Shown here piece by piece: positions 8,033 through 17,363 of a stretch of DNA of 27,413 nt. Made by a program: the position numbers and the translations under genes. The notes below the pieces were generated by a model. That model saw only the letters and a program-made list of their open reading frames with translations, was not told where the DNA came from and searched no databases. Numbering within the stretch: the first letter of the stretch is position 1; each line of letters opens with the position of its first letter. The DNA lies in assembly GCA_963977445.1 (NCBI GenBank), contig CAXBPH010000078.1, positions 1-27,413 on the forward strand, in the 5' to 3' direction. The DNA comes from an uncultured bacterium. Lineage in GTDB: Bacteria > Hydrogenedentota > Hydrogenedentia > Hydrogenedentales > JAEUWI01.

Positions 8033-8704
8033 ATGACAACTCATGCACTTCCCTGGCACACACCAGACGGTGCGGATCCCGCGATTCGGAGCTGGTTTCC
8101 CGAAACTACGCCGGAGTTATCCATGGTGTCCCAACCTCCTGAATCCACGACGTCGAAATCAGGCGCGGTGGACCCGTGGGAGTTGGCCTGTATTCAGGAG
8201 ACCCGGCAGGGCCGCCCCGAAGCCTTCAACCCCCTCGTCACCCGCTACGCGCCTCGGATTCGAGCCTACCTTCATCGTATGGTCCGAAATCACGAAGAAG
8301 CCGAAGATTTGACGCAGGAGACCTTCATCAAGGCCTTTCGTGCTCTGTCGCAATTCAATACCGACCGTCCCTTCCGCAGTTGGCTTTATGCTATTGCCAC
8401 CAACACCGGCTTGAATGCGCTGCGGAGCCGCAAACGTCGGGGCACCCCCGTGGAATGGGATATGGAACAGATAGCCGCTCCAGAGCGGGATACGGGAGGG
8501 GGGCCCCAGGAGGAAGCCCTCCACGCCGCGATGACTCGCCTCTCTCCACGTGCCGCCCGCCTCGTGGCGCTCCACTACCAGGAGGGCTTCAGCCTCGCGG
8601 AGGCCGGGGCCGTATTGGACCTTTCAGAAAATGCCGCCAAGGTCGCCCTGTGTCGCGCGCGTAAGCAGATTCGGGCCTACATGGTGGCGGGAAAACAACG
8701 ATGA
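8033..8704 (+). CDS. ECF RNA polymerase sigma-70 factor
   Basis: Region 2: EAEDLTQETFIKAF and FRSWLYAIATN. Region 4: LHYQEGFSLAEAGAVLDLSENAAKVALCRAR. Start could lie further downstream. Confidence 0.93.
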   Translation: MTTHALPWHTPDGADPAIRSWFPETTPELSMVSQPPESTTSKSGAVDPWELACIQETRQGRPEAFNPLVTRYAPRIRAYLHRMVRNHEEAEDLTQETFIKAFRALSQFNTDRPFRSWLYAIATNTGLNALRSRKRRGTPVEWDMEQIAAPERDTGGGPQEEALHAAMTRLSPRAARLVALHYQEGFSLAEAGAVLDLSENAAKVALCRARKQIRAYMVAGKQR

Positions 8705-9285
8705 ATTGCACCCACGTCATAGCCCTGTTGGACGCCGCATTCGATGAGGCGAAAGCCTTGGACGCATCGGTAGCGGAACACCTTGCCCATTGTGAAGCCT
8801 GCGCCGCGTATCAGGATTCCCTCGTCGGCCTCGATAGCCTGCTGCGCCATGGGGACCCGGTGGAAGAAGACCCCGCCCTCGTGGCCCGTATCCAGGAAGC
8901 CCTGTCGCAACAGCCCACCTATGTGTTGGGCCTTCCCTGGCACGGCGTTGCCGCAGCGCTGGTACTTATCCTGGCTTCCCTGACCGGCGGCTGGCTACTG
9001 GACGATTATATACAGCTACCGGCACTATCATTTCGTGCCGTGCAACCCGAAGACATCGCCGTTCCCGATTGGAATGATATGCGCAATACCCTGGTCGCGA
9101 TTCCCATGGAAGTGCGCCACGAAGCGACCCTGACGGCCACCCATTTTTCCGGCCTGTGGGACCTGCTTACCGGGTGGTCTGCGTCGTTGTTTCATGCCAG
9201 CGGACTCTTTCTCTGGGGCGGCTGTTTCGTTGGCCTCATGGTGGTCGTGGTGCTCGATAGTCGATTGGCACGTCGATTGACCTAA
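8701..9285 (+). CDS. Zinc-binding anti-sigma factor (ZAS, zf-HC2-like), membrane-anchored
   Basis: MNC...HLAHCEAC (Hx3Cx2C) motif; ATGA overlap with the sigma gene; two hydrophobic segments. Confidence 0.88.
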   Translation: MNCTHVIALLDAAFDEAKALDASVAEHLAHCEACAAYQDSLVGLDSLLRHGDPVEEDPALVARIQEALSQQPTYVLGLPWHGVAAALVLILASLTGGWLLDDYIQLPALSFRAVQPEDIAVPDWNDMRNTLVAIPMEVRHEATLTATHFSGLWDLLTGWSASLFHASGLFLWGGCFVGLMVVVVLDSRLARRLT

Positions 9286-9392
9286 GTTACGAATCTTATC
9301 CGAGTGTTAGTTTTTGCCTATTAAGGGCGACATGGATGCAGTTGATGGCGCGTTACGACGTTTTTGCGTGGCGCTTATGTTGGGAAATAGAA

Positions 9393-9899
9393 ATGGAACG
9401 ACTCATTGGGATTTCACTCGCCCTTATCGCAACGGTGAGCGTGGCGCTCCTACTGAAAAGTAGCGTCATCGCCCTTTCACTCTGGTTTATGACCACCTGG
9501 CCCGAGAAGTGTGGCCAGGTCTACACCACCTATCGGGAGCGACCCTGGCGTTGTGGCCTGATTGGCCTCGTGAATACTGTCGTATTCGTCTTTATCGGCC
9601 TGGCACTGACCTCCAGGGAGCCCTTCGCCCTTCTGGGGCTGTTGATACTGCTGACGGTGTGTGTCCTGCACGTCGCCGGTCGAACCGCCGTGCACCGGAG
9701 GATGGCCGTCAAGTTGGACCTCGACGGTGCCGATGTCTGCGCACCCCGGGCCATTGTCCTGGGCGGCGCGATTGCCGAGCTGACCTTTCTGGTGCCCATC
9801 ATCGGACAGATTCTCTATCTGGGTACCACCATGCGGGCCATGGGTGCGGTCGTGGTGGCCCTCCTATCCCGTGGCGAAGGGGCCTTGCCCCCCGAATAG
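9393..9899 (+). CDS. Multi-pass membrane protein (paralog of 4958-5473)
   Basis: About 5 hydrophobic segments; shares PWR..G, G.T, GGA..., PI.G...GA pattern with 4958-5473. ATG 9393 chosen; the ORF extends to 9336. Confidence 0.78.
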   Translation: MERLIGISLALIATVSVALLLKSSVIALSLWFMTTWPEKCGQVYTTYRERPWRCGLIGLVNTVVFVFIGLALTSREPFALLGLLILLTVCVLHVAGRTAVHRRMAVKLDLDGADVCAPRAIVLGGAIAELTFLVPIIGQILYLGTTMRAMGAVVVALLSRGEGALPPE

Positions 9900-10010
9900 G
9901 GCGCGGTGGTGCGGGGCGTCGCAATCTTGCTCTACGTGCATAAACTTCCTTGCATATCGTCCAGAATACCGTATACTCACGGAGATTGGCCTGTATCGAG
10001 GAACAAACTG

Positions 10011-11504
10011 GTGACCCTTTACCCAGTAAAAACGTTAGTGCGCCCTACTATTCCGATCGCAATCGTTGCACTCTTCGGGGGCTGTCCGCCGGTTCTGGAT
10101 ACCGATCTGACGCCACAACCCGCCGCCGAAGGGCAACACCTGCTGCGTCTGGTCCATATCACCGACCCCCAGATTGTGGACGAAGAAAGCCCCGCCCGGG
10201 CGGTCCGATTCAGCGAATTTTCCAGCGGTGCCTGGCGGCCGCAGGAAGCCTTCGGTGTCCATACCCTGGATGCCACCCTCCAGGCCATCAACCGGCTCCA
10301 CGAGGCAGGAGCAACAACGGATAGGCCCGTCGACTTCGTTGTTGTGACCGGCGACCTGGCCGATTCCGCCCAGCACAACGAACTTCAATGGTTTCTGGAT
10401 ACCATGGACGGGGCCGTTGTAACACCTGATTCGGGTGTGCTCGATGGCGTTGATCGTGCCGTCCCCCCGGAGCTGAATCCAAAATTGGCCTACGACGCCG
10501 TCGGGCTCGACCGGGATATTCCGTGGTATACCTGTTTCGGAAATCATGATGGCCTGGCCGTCGGTAACTTTCCTATCAATCGCGATCCCCTCGCGCAAAA
10601 CGATTGGTTTGCACCCCTGCTCGCACCCGTGGCACAACTGCTGGGCTTTCACGAACTCGCGCTAGACAACAACGCCATGCGGGCGACCGACAATTGGAGC
10701 CCCATTGCCCTGTTGGGCAGCGGCGTGCCCGTGACCACGCCCAACTACCGTCTTGACTATGCACGGGTTTCGCCAGGGGCCATCATCCCCGATGGTGCCC
10801 GCCGCTTTCTTTCCAAAGAGGATTTTATCGCCCTCCACCTGGCCAGTGAGAGCACACCAACGGGCCACGGCTTTACCCAGGAGTCACGGCAAACCGGGGC
10901 CACCTACTACAGCGTTCGTCCCCTGCCCGATGTGCCCCTCCGACTCATCGTCTTTGACTCCGTGGCCGACAACAAACCCTACGGCATCCCGGCCTACTTT
11001 GGTGTTCTGGAGCGCGCCCACTTTGAGCAATTTATCCTGCCGGAGTTGGCCGCAGCCGCCGAGGCAGAGGAATGGGTGATTCTCGCCTCCCACCATCCCG
11101 CCAGCGATTTTGATTTGGGCCTGGTGGGAGATCGGGTGCGGGCGGGTGAATTCCGAACAGCGGTAGCCCAATATCCGAACGTGATTATGCACCTGAATGG
11201 CCATACCCATATCGAACGTGCCGATATTGTTCGCGGGGCAAATCCCTACCTGGAGATTTCCACCAGCGCCATTATCGACTATCCCCAGGAAGGGCGTGCC
11301 CTCGATATCTTTCTGGAAGCGGATGCTAAGACGATTCGGGTGGAGAGTCATCGCTTCAGCCATAGGGACGCACCAACCACGTTTTCCGCAGAGAGCTTCC
11401 GCCTGGCCACCATTGATGCCGCTTTCCAGTCTACGGATGACGGGGCGAAGTCAGAAGGGGACGGCGGAATTTACGGCGATTTTTCAATCCGCCTGCGTCG
11501 GTAA
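10011..11504 (+). CDS. Calcineurin-like metallophosphoesterase, probable lipoprotein
   Basis: Metal motifs HITDPQ, TGDLAD, GNHD, SHHP, GHTH; DEESPAR and WRPQE segments; lipobox-like FGGC; GAGGA RBS before GTG 10011. Confidence 0.88.
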   Translation: MTLYPVKTLVRPTIPIAIVALFGGCPPVLDTDLTPQPAAEGQHLLRLVHITDPQIVDEESPARAVRFSEFSSGAWRPQEAFGVHTLDATLQAINRLHEAGATTDRPVDFVVVTGDLADSAQHNELQWFLDTMDGAVVTPDSGVLDGVDRAVPPELNPKLAYDAVGLDRDIPWYTCFGNHDGLAVGNFPINRDPLAQNDWFAPLLAPVAQLLGFHELALDNNAMRATDNWSPIALLGSGVPVTTPNYRLDYARVSPGAIIPDGARRFLSKEDFIALHLASESTPTGHGFTQESRQTGATYYSVRPLPDVPLRLIVFDSVADNKPYGIPAYFGVLERAHFEQFILPELAAAAEAEEWVILASHHPASDFDLGLVGDRVRAGEFRTAVAQYPNVIMHLNGHTHIERADIVRGANPYLEISTSAIIDYPQEGRALDIFLEADAKTIRVESHRFSHRDAPTTFSAESFRLATIDAAFQSTDDGAKSEGDGGIYGDFSIRLRR

Positions 11505-11642
11505 AAGCAGCCTTCGGGACGTCCCGCCGCATCCACGACGTTGGATTTTGGTAGCACCGAGCGCGCCATCTTCTTACACGGTGCGTAACGGCCAATGACC
11601 ACGGGCGGAGGCATGTCCCCGTGAGATCCGTCCCGCCCCAGC

Positions 11643-12701
11643 TTAGCCGTTGGGCATTTCCGTCGGCAGGGTGATTTCAAACCAGGCCCCACCCTTCTTG
11701 TTATTGCCGTAGGTGATAGTGCCTTCGTGGGCGGTAATGATGCGGTGGGTAATCGAAAGACCCAGACCGGTACCGCCCTCTTTCTTGGTGAAGAAGGCAC
11801 TAAACAGGTCTTCGCCCTCCTTCAGATGGATGCCGTCGCCAGAATCGTCCACGCGGAAGCAAATATTGGCCCCCTGGACGGTCGTCCGAAAGTTGACGAT
11901 ACTTTCTTCGGGGCTCACCTCAATGGCATTGCGCAGGATATTGCTCAAGGCCTGGGCCATCTTGGGGGCATCCGCCAGCACGGTCGGCAGTGGGGGGGCT
12001 TCCGATCGGGTAAGGGTGACCTTGCGCTGGGCGGCCAGGGGCCCCACCAACTCGGCAGAGCGTTTTGAGATATCGATGGGGTCACAAACGCTTTGCTCCA
12101 ACTCAAAGGGCTTCGCGAAATTCAGAAACTGCGCAATAAGCACTTCCATCTGCTTGGCTTCTGCATGGATCATCGTTGCTTTCATGTGGTTTCCATCATC
12201 GGGTTCCGATTTGCGAATGATGAGTTCCGACATGCCACTGATTACGCTTAGCGGATTGCGCAATTCATGGACGACCCCCGCCGTAAGCTCTCCGATTTGG
12301 GCGAGCTGTTTGTTCAGGTCGGCGGTCTTTTCCAGCCGACGGAGCTGGGTGAGGTCAATGAATAGAAAGATTACCCCGTTAAAGGGGGCGGGGCCGCGCA
12401 GGAGAGAGGCCGTGATGCCCAGGACTTTTGGGCCATCGGCGGCGCTTAAGACCACTTCCCGTCGGGATACGCTGTCCGGAGACTCCCGCATTTCCTCCAG
12501 GATTTCCGCGAGCGGAGATACGCCGTCAATGTCGGTCAGCGCCGTTCCCGTAGCCAAGGCGTCGCAGGCCAGATTCAGATGGAGCGCCGCCGCCGGATTG
12601 GCGGTAATAATTTCACCCGTGGCATCTACTGCCAGGACACCGCTGCTCAGGCTGGATACGATTTGCTCAAAGATTGTATTAAAGTCATTTTTCGCAACCA
12701 C
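11643..12701 (-). CDS. Cytoplasmic PAS-domain sensor histidine kinase (NtrB/PilS-like)
   Basis: PAS-like N-terminus (SGVLAVDATGEIITANPAA); H-box HELRNPL; N-box NILRNAIE; DDSGDG; FFTKKEGGTGLGL. GTG 12701 follows a GGGGAG RBS. Confidence 0.92.
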   Translation of the reverse strand: MVAKNDFNTIFEQIVSSLSSGVLAVDATGEIITANPAAALHLNLACDALATGTALTDIDGVSPLAEILEEMRESPDSVSRREVVLSAADGPKVLGITASLLRGPAPFNGVIFLFIDLTQLRRLEKTADLNKQLAQIGELTAGVVHELRNPLSVISGMSELIIRKSEPDDGNHMKATMIHAEAKQMEVLIAQFLNFAKPFELEQSVCDPIDISKRSAELVGPLAAQRKVTLTRSEAPPLPTVLADAPKMAQALSNILRNAIEVSPEESIVNFRTTVQGANICFRVDDSGDGIHLKEGEDLFSAFFTKKEGGTGLGLSITHRIITAHEGTITYGNNKKGGAWFEITLPTEMPNG

Positions 12702-12723
12702 AGGTTTCTCTCCCCTGTAAACG

Positions 12724-13599
12724 TCAGACCCGACTACGTATCTCCTGTGCCAACAGGCTGAATTCCTCCAGACCCAGGGTCTGGGGGCGTCGACTGGGAT
12801 CAATTTTTGCCGCGTCCATGGCATCCAGAACGGCCTCTTTCGGGGCACCAAAAACACCGGAGCGTGTCAGCGAATTACGCAAGGTCTTGCGACGTTGTGC
12901 AAATGCCGCCCGGACGACTTTCATAAGGAAAAACTTCTCTTCCCGAGGCATGGAGGACTTCTGGTCGCAGCGAAAACGCACGACGCAACTGTCAACCTTG
13001 GGGCGGGGCACGAAACAGGATGCAGGCACGCGGTGGACAATATCCACATCGGCATAGCACTTCGCGGCGAGAGACAGGATGCCGTAGTCTTCCGCGCCCA
13101 CCGGGGCCACGAGGCGTTGCCCCACCTCGTCCTGCATCATTACGACGAGTCGCGAGAAAAAGAGGGGGGACTCCAGGATATGGAATAAAATCTTGGTCGT
13201 AATATAATAAGGGAGGTTGGAGAGAAACTTGTGACTTGTTCCACCGGGGATAAATTCATTCACAAGTTTTTCGGGGGTGTGGTTCAAAATGTCCCCACGA
13301 AAAATATGTACATTGTCCATGGCACCAAACTGGTCATTGAGGCAGGGAATGAAGGAATTATCAATCTCCACCGACAACAGTTTGTTTACCTGGGGCGCGA
13401 TGCGGCGGGTGAGCGCACCGAGGCCGGAACCGACCTCCAGGACGTAGTCCGTCGGCTCCAGGGCCGCCGCGTCGATCATAATCCGGTTGATGTTGTCATC
13501 CAGAAGGAGATTTTGCCCAAGGGACTTCTTAAACGTTATGCCGTAGCGCCTGCACATATCGCTTAAGCTCATCGGTGCGGGCTGTTCCGAGGTTGTCAT
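12724..13599 (-). CDS. rsmA: 16S rRNA adenine dimethyltransferase RsmA/KsgA
   Basis: KKSLGQNLL, VLEVGSGLG, SNLPYYIT, FVPRPKVDS, AFAQRRKTLRNSL motifs. Confidence 0.97.
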   Translation of the reverse strand: MTTSEQPAPMSLSDMCRRYGITFKKSLGQNLLLDDNINRIMIDAAALEPTDYVLEVGSGLGALTRRIAPQVNKLLSVEIDNSFIPCLNDQFGAMDNVHIFRGDILNHTPEKLVNEFIPGGTSHKFLSNLPYYITTKILFHILESPLFFSRLVVMMQDEVGQRLVAPVGAEDYGILSLAAKCYADVDIVHRVPASCFVPRPKVDSCVVRFRCDQKSSMPREEKFFLMKVVRAAFAQRRKTLRNSLTRSGVFGAPKEAVLDAMDAAKIDPSRRPQTLGLEEFSLLAQEIRSRV

Positions 13600-14068
13600 G
13601 CTAACTCCTGGGTGAAAGGACTCGTTGGGCCGAGCCAGACCAATTATCGACGTTTGTATTGCTGAGGGTAAGGGAAAGACAGTCGTAGCGCCCTTCCGCT
13701 ATATACACAGTGTACAATATTATCCGTCTGTACCAAAGTGGAATACGTGGGGGGGCGGTCAGTTTGGGCCATATCGTCGGTCCAGGTGCCTTGAGCAACC
13801 TCGGATCGGAGGTTTTGAGGGGACTTCCTGGGCGAATTTATTCCCGTGGCCATGCTCCAACGACCGAAGGGACCATTCCAGCAGGCCCGATATATAGGGA
13901 ATCTCGTTGGAAAGTGACCCGGCTGACGAATGCCATACTACCCACTTATGATACGCCTTTGTCCCGGCGGAAGTCCAGTTCCCCCAATATCTTCGCCCAA
14001 CGTGGTGCAATGATTGACCCGCCCGCCGGGCCTTGATATTATCATCAGGTAACTACGAGGTAACGGTA

Positions 14069-15727
14069 ATGGCACAAGTAATAATTGAGCAACCGGGAAT
14101 TTCCCCGATGACGGTTCCCCTGTCAGGCGACGAAACCCGTTTTGGTCGCTCCGAAGACAGCGATGTGGTCCTCGTCGCCGACGAGGTTTCCCGGAATCAC
14201 GCCAAGATTTGCCGTGTCGGCAAAAAAACGGTTCTCTTTGACCTCCAGAGTCTCAATGGGACCTATGTCAACCGTCAGCGCGTCGTGGAGCGTGTTCTCT
14301 CCCATATGGACGAGATCTGGTTTGGCAGCCGGTGCCACCTCGTTTTTCGCGATGATACCCAGATGGGTAGCGACGGTACCGAGGAGGAGGAGGAGGCAGC
14401 CAGCGCAATCCAGGAAGAGCTGGCGCGGAATATGGACAAGATTCGGGAGGAGATGGATCGTGTTGGGAACAGCATGACCCTGATCGGCCGACCGACGCCC
14501 CCGTATAGCGAAGGTAAACCCAAAGAAGATATCGAAGCATCGGCCGACGAAATCGTAAAGATGAGCCGGGCCTACCGCCGTCTGGCGGCACTACATAAGG
14601 CCAGTCAAATTATGGCCTCGGGATTTGATCTTCGTGATCGACTGGCCAAAGTGCTCGATATGGTCATGGAAACGATGGAGGCCGACCGTGGCTTCGTCAT
14701 GTTGCGAGACGGCAACAGCAATAACCTCACCGTCAAAGTGGCCCGGGAGATGGGGCGCGAACTGGAAGCCAGTTCGCCCAGCATGGGCATTGCCGGCCGG
14801 GCAGCCATAGATGGCGAAGCCGTGCTCATGGTGGACAGCCAGTCCGATAGTGAATTTGGCATGCGGGAAAGTATCATTCGCTCTGAAATTGTGAGCGCCA
14901 TGTGTGTGCCTCTTCGCATTGACGAGCGCATTCTGGGCTCCATTTATGTGGACACGCGAAAGATGCATGTCACCTTTAATGAGGAAGATTTGGAGCTTTT
15001 CGCCTCCCTGGGCACCCAGTCGGCCCTGGCCATAGACAATGTGCAACTTCACGAGAAAGTCGTGGAAGCCGAAATGAAACGCCAGGAGTTCGGTCGTTTC
15101 CTGAGCCCGGCCATTGTCGATAAAATAATGGCCGAAGAGAAGGCGGTAGAGTTAGGAGGGCATCGTGCGGAAGTAAGCACGCTCTTCTGCGATATTCGTG
15201 GCTTCACCAATACGGCAGAGCGAATTACACCTCCTGAACTGGTAGAAATGCTCAACGAATACTTCACAGCCATGACCGAGATTATTTTCCAGTATCAGGG
15301 TACCCTCGACAAGTATGTGGGGGACGAAATTATGGCCGTCTTCGGTGCGCCGCTGGAGATCGAAAACCATTGCCTCGCCGCGGTTTCGGCCGGGGTGGCC
15401 ATTCAAAAACTCAACGAAACCCTCAACGTGGCCCGCGAAAAAGATGGGCGCCCCGTGATACAGCTGGGTATCGGCATTGATTCGGGTGAAGTGACGGCCG
15501 GTTATTTCGGCTCGCCCATGCGAATGGAATACACCGTAATGGGGGATCGGGTAAACACCGCCAGCCGCTTCTGCAGCCTGGCCAAGGCCGGTCAGGTTAT
15601 CGTGGGGGAAGAAACCTGGTCCCACATAAAAGACAAAGTTGAAGGCACTCACATCGGCGAGGTCCAATTGAAGGGCAAAGAACTCGAAGTGAACGCCTAC
15701 CATGTAACGTCGGTATCCGGCGTCTGA
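14069..15727 (+). CDS. FHA-GAF-class III adenylate cyclase
   Basis: FHA: GRSEDSD, VSRNHA, SLNGTYVN. GAF: SAMCVPLRIDERILGSIYVD, FNEEDLE. Cyclase: LFCDIRGFT, DKYVGDEIMAVFG, YTVMGDRVNTASR. GAGG RBS before ATG 14069. Confidence 0.94.
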   Translation: MAQVIIEQPGISPMTVPLSGDETRFGRSEDSDVVLVADEVSRNHAKICRVGKKTVLFDLQSLNGTYVNRQRVVERVLSHMDEIWFGSRCHLVFRDDTQMGSDGTEEEEEAASAIQEELARNMDKIREEMDRVGNSMTLIGRPTPPYSEGKPKEDIEASADEIVKMSRAYRRLAALHKASQIMASGFDLRDRLAKVLDMVMETMEADRGFVMLRDGNSNNLTVKVAREMGRELEASSPSMGIAGRAAIDGEAVLMVDSQSDSEFGMRESIIRSEIVSAMCVPLRIDERILGSIYVDTRKMHVTFNEEDLELFASLGTQSALAIDNVQLHEKVVEAEMKRQEFGRFLSPAIVDKIMAEEKAVELGGHRAEVSTLFCDIRGFTNTAERITPPELVEMLNEYFTAMTEIIFQYQGTLDKYVGDEIMAVFGAPLEIENHCLAAVSAGVAIQKLNETLNVAREKDGRPVIQLGIGIDSGEVTAGYFGSPMRMEYTVMGDRVNTASRFCSLAKAGQVIVGEETWSHIKDKVEGTHIGEVQLKGKELEVNAYHVTSVSGV

Positions 15728-15787
15728 GCGCTTCACCCAATTGGCAACCGCCCGCAGAGCCGGTGGTAGGAGGAAAGCCCCGGCAAT

Positions 15788-15899
15788 GGGGCTGTTAAGT
15801 CCACGAAGTGGGCGAAATATCGTAGCCCAGCGGCGAGCGTAGCGAGTCCTGGGTAGAGACGGACCACGTTAATTCGTAGCCCCATCGGGGTGACATAGG
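15788..15899 (+). repeat. REP-like palindromic element between convergent genes
   Basis: 15788-15854 matches the reverse complement of 26766-26832 at 66 of 67 nt; terminal hairpin AGCCCCATCGGGGTGACAT. Confidence 0.85.
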
Positions 15900-15954
15900 T
15901 CAGGGCGAATGCAAGGGCTATTACTGTGCCATCCGCAACGGTAGATTCACGTAT

Positions 15955-16548
15955 CTAGAAGCAGGTCTTCGTGATGCCGAACAGCACCAGGCCTGCGACC
16001 ATCAAGGTGAGTAGTTGCCGTCCCCAGAGGGCAAAAAAACCCGGGCCGGTTGTGCTCGCGCTCGTCGTTGCTTCCACGTCATCATACTCAGGAATAGTAT
16101 TCGACGCTTCAACGGCCTGCTGGAGTTCTCGTAATCGTTCTACTTTTTGCAACGTATGCTGCGCTACGAGCAGGGTTTTGCCATCACTTCCCGTTGTAAA
16201 ATCAAAGCCTTCCCGCTTGTAGCGGTCGGGGCGAAGTTGGGCAACTTCCGGTTGGGGGGCACCATGGAGATTACTCTTGAGCACGGTGACTTCACCGGGG
16301 TCGCTGGGGGAGTCAAAAACGATGTTAATATTCGTGGGAATATCACTGTCTTGCTCCGGATACTTTCCCGTGATAAATTCGCCACGGATTTTCAGCGCAC
16401 CGTAGACGACGCTTTCGCCGCGCAATTCTTTCCCCTCACGGAGTGTGATGACGAAGATGGTCGCGTCATCGGGGATCCCGGTCAGGTTCGAAGACTGTCC
16501 TATCGCCACCGACGCGAATAGACATAGTATGAGTAGTGCTTTTTTCAT
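15955..16548 (-). CDS. Hypothetical exported protein with C-terminal membrane anchor
   Basis: Signal MKKALLILCLFASVAIG; S/T-rich linker; C-terminal hydrophobic helix LLTLMVAGLVLFGI. Confidence 0.78.
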   Translation of the reverse strand: MKKALLILCLFASVAIGQSSNLTGIPDDATIFVITLREGKELRGESVVYGALKIRGEFITGKYPEQDSDIPTNINIVFDSPSDPGEVTVLKSNLHGAPQPEVAQLRPDRYKREGFDFTTGSDGKTLLVAQHTLQKVERLRELQQAVEASNTIPEYDDVEATTSASTTGPGFFALWGRQLLTLMVAGLVLFGITKTCF

Positions 16549-16638
16549 GTGATAGAGTATAGGGAATTGCGGCCACGCAGGCAAGGTGCAGCGTTACACC
16601 ATGTTGGCGCCATGAGCCGTAGACCTGGGTGCTGAATT

Positions 16639-17241
16639 ATGTCTGAAATTCAAACCGCTGTTTCGGTGGGTGCGGTGCTTCTCCTGTTGGGAATGGCCAT
16701 TGTCATGTTTCGGCGGGGAACCCCGTCATCCGGTGCGAATCGCCAGTTGGCCCGGAACCGCGATGGTACATTCGAGCACGTTTGTTCTATGTGTGGCGAC
16801 CAGACGCTCGTGACGGGGGATCTTCTCCATACCCTGAGTTCTGCAGAAAAAGCCCTGGCCGTGCGCGAGAACAGGGCAGCCCTGGGCAAAGATCTTGCCG
16901 AGTATGTCTGTCGGCAGTGCTACGCGTCCCATTGTTTCGCCCATACCCCGGGAGGACTCATCTCCCTGGGCGTAAACTTATATGAAGGGCAACGCCACGG
17001 TACCCGATGTGCCGAATGCCTTCAGCCCGTGCAACGGCCCACCTGGGAGCCGGGCTACTATGATGGCCGCGTAGATGCCGCACCCGGTTTGGTGGATAGC
17101 TGTGGGTTGGCGTGCCACTATTGTGGTGCCGTTTGCTGTGTCGGCTGCTGCCAGGGCGTTACACGAAAACGAACCCAGGATGGCTCCCTCCTGTGTCCAC
17201 GTTGTTTTCGCGGGCCCAACGATTGCTTTTTTCACCCATGA
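16639..17241 (+). CDS. Membrane-anchored cysteine-rich putative zinc-finger protein
   Basis: N-terminal transmembrane helix; 17 Cys including CSMC, CRQC, CAEC, CHYC, CVGC, CPRC. Confidence 0.78.
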   Translation: MSEIQTAVSVGAVLLLLGMAIVMFRRGTPSSGANRQLARNRDGTFEHVCSMCGDQTLVTGDLLHTLSSAEKALAVRENRAALGKDLAEYVCRQCYASHCFAHTPGGLISLGVNLYEGQRHGTRCAECLQPVQRPTWEPGYYDGRVDAAPGLVDSCGLACHYCGAVCCVGCCQGVTRKRTQDGSLLCPRCFRGPNDCFFHP

Positions 17242-17363
17242 GCCCCCGCCGCGGTCGGAACTTTTTAGGGCCCATCGTTATACATAATAAATGGGTAACC
17301 CTGTCTTTCACGCCCGAACTAGAATCATTCAAGTAATCGCTTCCGACGGAGGAACGTCTTAAA

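Noticed and set aside
11600..11623. CACGGG...CCCGTG hairpin between convergent genes
   Set aside because: Short stem without a T-tract; cannot distinguish terminator, REP remnant or chance.
11713..12720. 335-aa + strand ORF
   Set aside because: Antisense shadow of the histidine kinase.
17101..17118. CGLACH as a heme-binding motif
   Set aside because: CxxxCH spacing is non-canonical, the domain is probably cytoplasmic, and it fits the CHYC zinc-knuckle reading better.
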